From Acidimicrobiia bacterium (GTDB taxonomy: Bacteria; Actinomycetota; Acidimicrobiia; Acidimicrobiales; Bin134): a stretch of 64,000 bases of DNA. Within the stretch, counting starts at the first letter, position 1. Every line of letters starts with the position of its first letter. The notes under the pieces were generated by a model. The model did not search any database and was not told the origin of the DNA. It saw only the letters and a list, made by a program, of their open reading frames with translations. Positions 35,711 to 44,545 of the stretch are shown one piece after another. The stretch spans positions 126,947 through 190,946 of the forward strand of contig JAJDYU010000085.1 in the NCBI GenBank assembly GCA_022825005.1. The letters are read 5' to 3'. The translations under genes were made by a program, and so were the position numbers.

Positions 35711-36889
35711 ATGAAATCCTATGCTCGCGGTCGATATATGACCCTTGGTTCTGCAATCTCGCTGGCCGATTTGGAGGCCGATCCCGATCCGATTTTGACC
35801 CGACTGCGGGCGGAGGAACCCGTGGCTTGGGTACCGGCTATGGAGATGTGGCTGGTCACCCGGTGGGATGACGTGATCTACATGGAAGAACATCCCGAAC
35901 TCTTAACCGCAGCCACCGAGCCCTCGTTCCTGGCCCGGGCACTGGGGCAGAACATGCTCACCTGCGACCCGCCCAAGCACACCCGCCTTCAGGCCATCAT
36001 GCAGCCTCCCTTTCAGCCCGGCGGGCGCAGCGGCACCTTTGCCGCTGATGAACTCGGAACAATGGCCGATCAACTGCTCGATGCCGTAGACCCGGCCGGT
36101 TTCGAACTGATGACCGACTACGCCCAACCGCTCTCTGCGGGCACCCTGGCCACCGTCCTCGGACTCGATGCTCACGGGTACGATCGCATGTGGTCGTGGT
36201 GCGAGGGTCTTTGTACCGATCTGGCCAATTTTGAGAACGATCCTGAGCTGACTGCCATCGGAGAGCAGACCAAGGCCGATCTGGGCGCGGCGGTCGCCGA
36301 GCGGATCGCATCGGCCGGTGATGACGACTCGGCCATTTCCTGGTTCGTCCGTGAGGGGGCGACGCCCGAAGAGATCGTCAACAACGTGCGCCTGATGATC
36401 TCCGGCGGCATCAACGAGCCCCGCGACGGCATCGGCATGGTGACCTGGGTGCTGCTGACCCGCCCCGACCTCAGGGCCCAGATCGATGCCGCCCCGGCCA
36501 AGCTTCGTCGGCTTATCGAAGAGGTGTTCCGGGTGTACAGCCCAGTGGGAACCATCACCCGCCAGGCCACTCGTGATCTCGAACTCGGCGGGTCAAGAAT
36601 CATGGCCGGGGAGCTAGTGAGCGGCGTTCTGCGGTCGATTAACCTCGACGAATCGCACTGGACAAATCCCCAGGAAATCGACCTAGATCGCCGGGAGGGC
36701 ACCCACGCCGCCTTCGCCCTCGGCATTCACCGCTGTCTGGGAGAGTGGCTCGGCCGCCAAGAGGTACGGGTGGGTGTAGAACGGCTGTTCGCTCGGTTCC
36801 CTGATCTGGCTTTAGAGCCACATCAGCACATCGAGATCCACGGATTCGAATTCCGCGGCCCCCGCTCAGTTCGGGTAAGAGCTCACTGA
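35711..36889 (+). CDS. Cytochrome P450
   Basis: FALGIHRCLGEWLGRQE heme loop. The start is ATG 35711 or 35738. The track GTG 35660 overlaps the divergent SDR. Confidence 0.85.
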   Translation: MKSYARGRYMTLGSAISLADLEADPDPILTRLRAEEPVAWVPAMEMWLVTRWDDVIYMEEHPELLTAATEPSFLARALGQNMLTCDPPKHTRLQAIMQPPFQPGGRSGTFAADELGTMADQLLDAVDPAGFELMTDYAQPLSAGTLATVLGLDAHGYDRMWSWCEGLCTDLANFENDPELTAIGEQTKADLGAAVAERIASAGDDDSAISWFVREGATPEEIVNNVRLMISGGINEPRDGIGMVTWVLLTRPDLRAQIDAAPAKLRRLIEEVFRVYSPVGTITRQATRDLELGGSRIMAGELVSGVLRSINLDESHWTNPQEIDLDRREGTHAAFALGIHRCLGEWLGRQEVRVGVERLFARFPDLALEPHQHIEIHGFEFRGPRSVRVRAH

Positions 36890-36898
36890 GGTCTCGCC

Positions 36899-37870
36899 TC
36901 AAGGGCAGTGAGATGGATGCTCAAGCAGCATGAAGCGCCCGGAGTCAGTAGCAAGCCCGACTGGAATTGGATCGCTAATGCCCCCCACAAACGAACGCGC
37001 ACCGCCGTCGAGAAATGCCAAGTATGTGTATTCGCCGGATTCGGTGGTGAAGATTCTTCCCGCATATCGAGTGCCGATCGCGTCGGCGTCAATGAAGGTT
37101 GGGGGCCCCTCGTAAGGTCCAAAGGGGTGCTCGCCGACAAATTCACCGGTGCCTATCTTCGGGCGTGCCCCGGGCCTGTTTCGAGGCCAAGGCCCATCGC
37201 TATTTGTGCAGAAGATCAAATGATGGCGGTCGCCGGCGGTGACGAGCTGAGGTACTTCAAGTTGGGCAAAGTGCCCATCAGTACCCGGTATTGGTTCCCG
37301 GGCAATCCAGTTGATTCCATCGTCAGAGGTTGCTGCACCAATGGCTCCAGCTCGGAACGGACTACCGGCGTCAGCGAGCCGGGCGCTCAGCAACATCGAA
37401 TATCTACCATCGCCTGTGGGAATCAAGAATGGGTCGCGCCAGCCGTGCTGCCATTGGGAGGAACCAGGATTCTCATACCAACGGGGGTCTGACTCCAGTA
37501 CCGGGTTCGATGGCTCCTTCTCCCACTCGGTGAGATCGTCAGACCAGGCCAACCCGACCCTTTCAATGTAGGAGTCTTTCGCCTGGGTGATCCCGGTATA
37601 GGCCATCAGCCAGCGGCCCGAGTGGTGCAGGATTACTGACCCCGTCCAAATGGCGGTGTCATCCCAGGTGCCGGGCACTCCCGGTTCCACTGCGGTGGTT
37701 TGCGGGCTCCAGTTGACAAGGTCTGAGGATGTTGCATGACCGACGACCGCATGCCAGTGGCGCTGTTCAGGAGGAACGGTTCTCGGGGCTTGCAGGTGGA
37801 ACATGTGCCAGAGAGAACCGTCCTGCACCAACCAGAAGTCCCAAACCCAGCGGTCATCAGGGCGGTACAA
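36899..37870 (-). CDS. Clan GH-J (GH32/GH68-like) beta-fructosidase/levanase-type glycoside hydrolase
   Basis: 323 aa. VWDFWLVQDG (nucleophile Asp motif), WRDPF (RDP motif), LEVPQL (acid/base Glu). Last gene of the sugar ABC operon. Confidence 0.7.
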   Translation of the reverse strand: MYRPDDRWVWDFWLVQDGSLWHMFHLQAPRTVPPEQRHWHAVVGHATSSDLVNWSPQTTAVEPGVPGTWDDTAIWTGSVILHHSGRWLMAYTGITQAKDSYIERVGLAWSDDLTEWEKEPSNPVLESDPRWYENPGSSQWQHGWRDPFLIPTGDGRYSMLLSARLADAGSPFRAGAIGAATSDDGINWIAREPIPGTDGHFAQLEVPQLVTAGDRHHLIFCTNSDGPWPRNRPGARPKIGTGEFVGEHPFGPYEGPPTFIDADAIGTRYAGRIFTTESGEYTYLAFLDGGARSFVGGISDPIPVGLATDSGRFMLLEHPSHCP

Positions 37871-37873
37871 CGC

Positions 37874-38791
37874 TCATCCCTTGATACCCACAGTTGAGAT
37901 TCCCTGTCGGAAATAGCGTTGGAATGTGAAGAAAATGACGGCAATTGGAATGGTGGTCAGCAGGCTTGCGGCCATGAGGGTGTTCCACGGGTTGGACTCC
38001 CCAAAGGCGCCGCGCAGCAGGGCCAATCCGACCGGCAAAGTTCGAATATCCGGATTGCTCGGAGCGGCAAGCAGCGAATGGAGAAACTCATTCCAAACGC
38101 CCTGCACGCTCAGGACGGTCAGTGCGATCAAACCGGGGCTGACCAGGGGCAGCATCACCCGGCTATAGGTTTGCCACAGGGAAGCCCCGTCGAGGGCCGC
38201 GGCCTCCTCAAGCTCTCTGGGCACAAGGTCGAAGAACCCCTTCATCATGAAGATGGCGAAGGCGTCGAACATCAGTGGCAGAATCAACGCCCAATAGGTA
38301 TTGAGTATCCCGAGCTCTTTCATCACCAGGAAACGGGGGATGATCAAGACGATGCCCGGGATGCCTTGGACCGCGATGACAGCGCTGAAGACAAACCAGC
38401 GGCCCCGAAAGCGAAGCCTCGAAAGCGCATAACCCGCCAGGGTTGCCAGGAACAACCGCCCCAGGGTGACTGACACCGTCTGGATGGTGGAGTTGAGGGC
38501 CCAGCGCGGTATCCGAATGCGATCGTTGTCCAGTCGTTGCAGCCCTTCGAGGGATGGACTGCCGAGTTCGCCATCGAAAGTCAAGCTCGTCGGATTCTGG
38601 GCAATGTCGGGAAGCGACTTGAACGAAGATATGCCCGCGAGGACGAAGGGCATCACAAATGCCAAGGCAAAGGCGATAAGCACGGCATACGAAAGGAACA
38701 TCCGCAAGCGCCGCAGCCAATCCTGAACTTGATGTCGCTCGAAGAACGGAACGAACTCGTTGGCCCCAACCGGAGCGGTCACTTCGGCCAT
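37874..38791 (-). CDS. Carbohydrate ABC transporter permease (MalG-like)
   Basis: 305 aa, 6 TM. EAAALDGAS EAA loop. Confidence 0.9.
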   Translation of the reverse strand: MAEVTAPVGANEFVPFFERHQVQDWLRRLRMFLSYAVLIAFALAFVMPFVLAGISSFKSLPDIAQNPTSLTFDGELGSPSLEGLQRLDNDRIRIPRWALNSTIQTVSVTLGRLFLATLAGYALSRLRFRGRWFVFSAVIAVQGIPGIVLIIPRFLVMKELGILNTYWALILPLMFDAFAIFMMKGFFDLVPRELEEAAALDGASLWQTYSRVMLPLVSPGLIALTVLSVQGVWNEFLHSLLAAPSNPDIRTLPVGLALLRGAFGESNPWNTLMAASLLTTIPIAVIFFTFQRYFRQGISTVGIKG

Positions 38792-39879
38792 CAGAGCATT
38801 TCCCTATTCCTCATCAACATTCTTTGAAGGCCGGTGAAGGCCATGATGATGAAGAAGAGCAGTACCGCCATCGCCGCCCCGAGACTGGCCTTTCCGTTTT
38901 GGAATGTCTGGAAGTAGGTCAGGAAAGCCGGAGTCATGGTGGTTTTTTCTGGTCCGCCGAAGCTGATGGCAAAGATCTGGTCGAACACCTGCCAGGTTCC
39001 CAACAGGCCCAACGTGACGACAAAGGTGATGGTCGGTCTCATCATCGGAACGGTCACATATCGAAATCGCTGCCACGCGGAAGCACCGTCCAACTCCGCG
39101 GCCTCCTCGATTGAGGGAGAGATGTTCTGGAGCGCGGCAAGAAAAATCAACATGAACGTACCGGTAGTGGTCCATGTCGAGAGGATCATGATCGAGCCCA
39201 TGGCAACTGAGGGTCCACTTACCCACTCCCATAGCGACAGGCTCATCACCTCGGTGTCGTCCATCCACCCCGGCGGCGAATCGATACCCATGGTTCCCAA
39301 TAAGTTGTGGATGACTCCGTTGGGGTTCGCCAGCCAATTGAAGTCCTGCACAGGAAGGATCGCGTTGACGGCACCGTGCGTCTGGAACAGGAACAGGAAT
39401 ATCAGTGAGATTGCAATCGATCCGGTGATCGACGGGAAGTAGTACGCCGTCCGGAAGAAGCCCTTCGCCTTCAGCCGCTTCTGGTTGACAATGACAGCTA
39501 ACACCAAAGCGACAATCGTCTGGGTAGGCACTACGCCGAGTACGTAGTAGAGGTTGTTCCTGATGGATATGGCGAAGTCCTTGCGCCGGATTCCGTCCTC
39601 GGTGAGGAGTTCGCGGTAGTTGTCCATCCCGACGAATTCGCTGTTGAACGGGGCGGTAATCCCGGTCCAGTCGCGCAAGCTGACCAGAATGGACATGACG
39701 ACGGGGACTAGTAGAAAAACACACAGCCCCATCAACGCGGGAGAGACGAATATCCAGCCCCAGAATCCCTCGCCCTTGAATATCTGAGCTCGAGTTGGCT
39801 GCCGTGACAGCCTGAGCTTTCTGAGCAGGCTGAAAGGGCGAATTGAATTCGCCGTGCTACTCCTGCTTGCAGTTGCCAT
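38791..39879 (-). CDS. Carbohydrate ABC transporter permease (MalF-like)
   Basis: 362 aa. EAAELDGASAWQRF EAA loop. AGGAGGA lies upstream of ATG 39879. Confidence 0.9.
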   Translation of the reverse strand: MATASRSSTANSIRPFSLLRKLRLSRQPTRAQIFKGEGFWGWIFVSPALMGLCVFLLVPVVMSILVSLRDWTGITAPFNSEFVGMDNYRELLTEDGIRRKDFAISIRNNLYYVLGVVPTQTIVALVLAVIVNQKRLKAKGFFRTAYYFPSITGSIAISLIFLFLFQTHGAVNAILPVQDFNWLANPNGVIHNLLGTMGIDSPPGWMDDTEVMSLSLWEWVSGPSVAMGSIMILSTWTTTGTFMLIFLAALQNISPSIEEAAELDGASAWQRFRYVTVPMMRPTITFVVTLGLLGTWQVFDQIFAISFGGPEKTTMTPAFLTYFQTFQNGKASLGAAMAVLLFFIIMAFTGLQRMLMRNREML

Positions 39880-40030
39880 ATGCCGCCTATCCTCCTAGCC
39901 CAATTGAACTCAGAGCGGACGGTATGTGTGGACTAGCTGGCCGAGGTGGCTGAGGGGGATTGAACGCCACCCCGACCAGTCAAGTCGCTCGGATCCGCTA
40001 TTGCGAAGATCCGCCTTCCCGCTGGAGGGG

Positions 40031-41395
40031 CTAGAGAAGGTCGTCGCCTGCGTCGGCTACTTCTTCGATGAGGTCTTCGACTGTGATGTCGCCAGTGATC
40101 AGCTTCTGGAAGTTCTCGTTGAACACGCCTTGGATGTCCCCAACGCCGGTTGGGAATTGGAAGCGGGAGGCATAAGCCGCTCCCGCCACGAAAGCGCTGA
40201 GCTCGGGGTTGTCGGCCACCCACTGGTCACGAACCGATGCTCTAGCGGGCATGACCTGGAAGCCGGAGGTCCAAGCAGCCGCGCCCTCGGCGCTGGTGAG
40301 ATAGTCGACAAATGCCCACGACTGCTCGGGGTTGTCGGCACTTGAGGCAACGCCATAGCAGACGGTAAAGGCGAACGTGCCCGGGCCAGCAGGTCCATGG
40401 GGCAATTCCGCCACCGCCCATTCACGGTCCGGGAAGTTGCTGTTCAGGTAGCCGACGATCCAGTTGCCTTCAATGGTCATGGCTGCATTGCCGGAGGCAA
40501 AGGCCTCACCACCCCAGCCGGTGTCGATGGCTTGGGGAGAGGCTGCGTGACCTGCCGCGAACATATCGGCAAGATACTGGAGTGCATCCCGAGCTCCATC
40601 TGAGTCAAGAGCCACGGCGGTGCCATCAGCGGTCAAGATATCGGTACCGGCCTGGAACAGGAATGCGCCGGCACGCGAGTACTCGGCACCGAAGCTCAGC
40701 CCGACCCGGTCGTCGGTGGTCAGTGCTTCGGCGGCAGCAGCCAGTTCATCCCACGTGGTCGGCACCTCGACGCCAGCTTCAGCAAGGGCGGCTGGATCAT
40801 AGATGAGGCCCAAGGTCGAGAAGTCCTTAGGCGGGCAGTACCAGGTGCCATCAATGGTAAAGATGTTGCGCAGCGCAGGGTAGATGTCATCTGGGTCGCT
40901 GAGAACGCCGTCGGGTACTGGCGCCAACGCCCCGGAGGCCACTAGGTCGGGGAGCCTTGAGGAATCCACGTAGAACAGGTCAGGAGGATCGCCTGCTACA
41001 AGGGCTGCCTGGAGAGCAGCGTCAAACTCCGGCTGCGGTTCGAACGAAGCGTTGGCACCGGTGTCAGCATTGAATTGGTCAACGAGAGCCGTGAGTTGGG
41101 TGTCTTCAGCTTCAGAGGATGCCCAGCCCCAGACAACCAGATCGGCGCCGGCAAGTTCGACGCCCATTGGCTCGTCGTCCATTGGCTCGTCTGCCGCAGG
41201 CTCGTCGTCCATTGGCTCGTCTGCCGCAGGTTCGTCGGCGGGCTGGTCATCTGCCGGGCTGTCGACACCGTCATCGGACGGCTGGGCCGCCGGCGTTTCA
41301 TCGACGCCCGTATCGTCGTCATCGTTGCCACAGGCCGCAGCGACCAGGGCAAGAGTTAGCAGTAGCGCTAGTAAGCGCAACCAGTGTTTTTTCAC
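40031..41395 (-). CDS. Sugar ABC transporter substrate-binding lipoprotein
   Basis: 454 aa. Lipobox LVAAAC, an acidic Pro/Asp/Glu linker, then an SBP_bac_1-like body. Confidence 0.9.
   Translation of the reverse strand: MKKHWLRLLALLLTLALVAAACGNDDDDTGVDETPAAQPSDDGVDSPADDQPADEPAADEPMDDEPAADEPMDDEPMGVELAGADLVVWGWASSEAEDTQLTALVDQFNADTGANASFEPQPEFDAALQAALVAGDPPDLFYVDSSRLPDLVASGALAPVPDGVLSDPDDIYPALRNIFTIDGTWYCPPKDFSTLGLIYDPAALAEAGVEVPTTWDELAAAAEALTTDDRVGLSFGAEYSRAGAFLFQAGTDILTADGTAVALDSDGARDALQYLADMFAAGHAASPQAIDTGWGGEAFASGNAAMTIEGNWIVGYLNSNFPDREWAVAELPHGPAGPGTFAFTVCYGVASSADNPEQSWAFVDYLTSAEGAAAWTSGFQVMPARASVRDQWVADNPELSAFVAGAAYASRFQFPTGVGDIQGVFNENFQKLITGDITVEDLIEEVADAGDDLL
41171..41230 (-). repeat. 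Exact 30-bp tandem duplication in the SBP linker (PAADEPMDDE x2)
   Basis: ctcgtcgtccattggctcgtctgccgcagg occurs twice, back to back. Confidence 0.9.
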
Positions 41396-42444
41396 AGGAT
41401 CCCCTCCTGGGTCGGTGGCGATTCATCAGCTAGAGCAGCTTCCGAAGCGCCAATTGTTGATTCACGGACGATCAGATCGGGCTCAACGAGCTCCGAGCCA
41501 GGCGCGTCCTCGCCGGTCAGCCGAGCGACAAGTCGCTCGACCAGAAGGGCGCCCACCCGGTCCATGGGTTGGCGGAGTGATGTCAGCGACGGTGCACACA
41601 ATGAGGCTGCCGGTACGTCGTCAAAACCCGTAACGGCAATCTGGCCCCCTGGAGTTAGGCCTTCGTCTCTCAGACCCGCCAACACTCCCAATGCGACGGT
41701 GTCCGAAACGCACACGACTGCCGACGGTCGGTGATCGGATAGCAGGGCCGGAACGAGCTTTCGCGCTAGATCGAAGTCATTCAGAGTCCTAACCACCCGC
41801 TGCGGATCCAAGCCGAGAGCGATAGCGAGGGTTGAGAAGCCATCAAACCGGTCGTCTCCAGTGGCAGAACCCTCAGGCCAGCCAACAAAGGCAATCCTCT
41901 CGTGCCCGAGCGAATGCAAGTGGCTTACCGCCGCTTGGATTCCCGCCGCCCCATCAACGTCGACAGAGATCACTGATTCATCAGCTACTCGGCCAAAGCA
42001 GGCAAACGGAATCCCGCGCTGCTCTAGAAAGTCAACCCGCGTGTCGTTGTAGTCAATACCCGACAGCACAAACCCATCGGCGCCCCCCCGCTGCAATATC
42101 TCGGCATACGGCTGAACCTTGTCGAGATCCTTCTGGGTAAAGAGGAGCACTTCAAGATCTGCCCGGGCAGCCGTAGACACGACATGGTGCAAGAACACAT
42201 CCAAGGCTGCGTTGGGCGAGGTGTCGTCCGGGAGGCAGTAGCCCAGCAAAAAGGTGCGCCCCGCAGGCAGGCTCCTGGCCGCCCTGCTGGCCTGATAGCC
42301 CAAGGCATCGATCGCTTCAAGGACCCGCTTCTTGGTCCCATCCCGCACATGGGCGTGTCCGTTGACCACATTCGACACCGTGGCCATCGACACTCCGGCA
42401 TGGTTGGCCACATCTTGAATCGTGGGGCGCCTTCCTGAAGGCAT
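41392..42444 (-). CDS. LacI family transcriptional regulator
   Basis: PTIQDVANHAGVSMATVSNVVNG HTH plus a periplasmic-binding-like sugar domain. The start is ATG 42444 or GTG 42459. Confidence 0.9.
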   Translation of the reverse strand: MPSGRRPTIQDVANHAGVSMATVSNVVNGHAHVRDGTKKRVLEAIDALGYQASRAARSLPAGRTFLLGYCLPDDTSPNAALDVFLHHVVSTAARADLEVLLFTQKDLDKVQPYAEILQRGGADGFVLSGIDYNDTRVDFLEQRGIPFACFGRVADESVISVDVDGAAGIQAAVSHLHSLGHERIAFVGWPEGSATGDDRFDGFSTLAIALGLDPQRVVRTLNDFDLARKLVPALLSDHRPSAVVCVSDTVALGVLAGLRDEGLTPGGQIAVTGFDDVPAASLCAPSLTSLRQPMDRVGALLVERLVARLTGEDAPGSELVEPDLIVRESTIGASEAALADESPPTQEGIL

Positions 42445-42465
42445 GGGGCGAAGATACACGGTTTA

Positions 42466-42489
42466 TTGAAGCGTTTCAAGAAACGTTTC
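42466..42489. promoter_or_regulatory. Two adjacent LacI-type operators: TTGAAGCGTTTCAA (42466..42479) and GAAACGTTTC (42480..42489)
   Basis: CG-centred palindromes matching the LacI-family TGnAAnCGnTTnCA pattern. They lie between the divergent lacI-type gene and the glucosidase-like gene. Confidence 0.6.
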
Positions 42490-42588
42490 AATAAAGTCTC
42501 CAAGTGTGCCAAAATAGACCGCACAGTGAACGACCCCAAAACAGGCGCGATTAGCTGACCAACCGAGCCTCTAACCCGGCAGGAACGA

Positions 42589-44523
42589 ATGCCCTCATCG
42601 ATACCCGAGCACGGCTGGAGCATGGCCGGAGCTGGCGTAGCCCTTGTGACAGAAGCAGATGGCACTATCTCGGGGGAAGAAGCCACAGGCCTGTACCACA
42701 GGGACCGCCGAATCGTCTCGGGGATGCGGCTACTTGTCGATGGGCAGCCGCCCGTTTATCTGAACGGCGCAGCGACTGGCGCAGCGACTCATCGACTCAC
42801 GTATGGACATTGGGGGGATAGTCCCGATCCCTTGGCGGTCATCGTACGCGAGCGCTCGCTCAACAACGGCTACCAAGAACATCTCTCCATTCACTGCTTT
42901 CGCGACCCCATCTCTTTGCAAGTTGAAGTACATCTGTTGGCGGGAGGCGGCACCGTGTACCACCTCGACCAGGAAACGCACAGTCCTGAAGACGCCAGAC
43001 TCCTGGCCGAAGCCCTATGGGCAGACGGAGCAGCCAAGTCAGGCCTGACACTCAAAACCAACCTTTCCGTCAACCCGGGGACTCCATCATCTTTCTCGTG
43101 GGGAATAAAAATCGATGTGGAGATGCCGACTGTTCGGCCCTCTACCCTGGTAACGACAGGAGACTCTCGGTTGCAACGGGCCTTGGAAAGCAGTGCTTGG
43201 ACCTTCGAGGCGCTGACTGTTCAGGAGCCGCGAACGGGGATTTCGTTCCTAGCGGCCGGAGCCCCTCACTTTCTCGCCCTATTCGGTCGCGATGCTCTCT
43301 TCGCCTCCATCCTCTCTATGGTCGCAGATCCCCGGAGGACCCTTGAGACGATTGAAATCCTTGCCTCATATCAGGGAAAAGACCGCCATCCGCTCACTCT
43401 CGAAGACCACGGTCGGATACTCCACGAGCTGCGTATTGGCGACATGGGGGTCTTCGACCTCGACCCCGGAACGGCGTACTACGGCTCAATCGACGCTACG
43501 CCCCTATTTGTGGTCGCGATGTCCGAAGCCCTTTGCTGGGGAATTTCACCATCCCAACTTGAACCCCTTCTCCCCATGGCTCGCTCGGCCATCGCCTGGT
43601 GTCGCGCCCACACTGACAAATTCGGCTTCATCCAGTCAGTCCCCCACGACGGTGGAATAGCAAACCAGAATTGGAAAGACTCGGGCGATTCGATAGTTCG
43701 CCCTGATGGCTCGGTGGTCCAAGGGGCCACCTCGCCGGTCGAAGTGCAGGGCTACTTCCACCAAGCACTCTATGGCCTTGCCGAGCTGGAGTCCGCGTTT
43801 GGAAACCGTAGCGAGGCCGCGGCTCTATTCAACGAAGCTGAAACCTTCGCTGAACGATTTCATCAGCACTTCCTGGTCGATGAACCATGCCTCGTCGCCT
43901 TGGCCCTCGACGCCTCTGGAGAGCCCATACCCGTGCGTGCGTCCAACGTGGGGCACCTCCTCGGCACCGACCTGATCACTGACGAACTCGCGGGCAGACT
44001 CGTTGATCGGCTCTTCAGTGAGGAGGAATTCTCGGGTTGGGGAGTCCGCACCCTGGCTGCTTCTGAAGCCGCATACAACCCTCTGGGCTATCACGTGGGA
44101 AGCGTATGGCCCCATGACAATGCAGTCCTGTTGCGGGGGCTCGCCCACCGAAGGTTCGATAGCCAAACCCGCCGTCTCGCCGCCGCCCTCGTCGAACTTG
44201 CGGTGGCCGAGCGCCACCAGCTTCCGGAACTCTTAGGGGGATTTCCCAGAACCCAAATTCCCGAGCCGGTCCCCTACCCGGCATCTGCCCGACCTCAAGC
44301 ATGGGCTGCGGCGGTCCCCTATCAGATTGTGACAGCGCTACTGGGGTTACAGCCAGAGATTCATCACAACCGAGTCCGCATCCATTCCGTGCTCAAGGAT
44401 GACCAGAGAATCAAAATTTCGAGACTTCGCCTAGGCGAGCGCATGATTGACATTGACGCAAGAGGCTCAGATGCCACAGTCAGCGGCGACATTGATGGAC
44501 TCACGATCTCTGTAGAGACCTGA
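42589..44523 (+). CDS. Amylo-alpha-1,6-glucosidase / glycogen-debranching-enzyme-like protein
   Basis: 644 aa. FLAAGAPHFLALFGRDALFASI, GIANQNWKDSGDSI, and VWPHDNA of the (alpha/alpha)6 GDE_C-type domain. Confidence 0.75.
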   Translation: MPSSIPEHGWSMAGAGVALVTEADGTISGEEATGLYHRDRRIVSGMRLLVDGQPPVYLNGAATGAATHRLTYGHWGDSPDPLAVIVRERSLNNGYQEHLSIHCFRDPISLQVEVHLLAGGGTVYHLDQETHSPEDARLLAEALWADGAAKSGLTLKTNLSVNPGTPSSFSWGIKIDVEMPTVRPSTLVTTGDSRLQRALESSAWTFEALTVQEPRTGISFLAAGAPHFLALFGRDALFASILSMVADPRRTLETIEILASYQGKDRHPLTLEDHGRILHELRIGDMGVFDLDPGTAYYGSIDATPLFVVAMSEALCWGISPSQLEPLLPMARSAIAWCRAHTDKFGFIQSVPHDGGIANQNWKDSGDSIVRPDGSVVQGATSPVEVQGYFHQALYGLAELESAFGNRSEAAALFNEAETFAERFHQHFLVDEPCLVALALDASGEPIPVRASNVGHLLGTDLITDELAGRLVDRLFSEEEFSGWGVRTLAASEAAYNPLGYHVGSVWPHDNAVLLRGLAHRRFDSQTRRLAAALVELAVAERHQLPELLGGFPRTQIPEPVPYPASARPQAWAAAVPYQIVTALLGLQPEIHHNRVRIHSVLKDDQRIKISRLRLGERMIDIDARGSDATVSGDIDGLTISVET

Positions 44524-44545
44524 ACCCTTCGATCTCACTGCAGTT

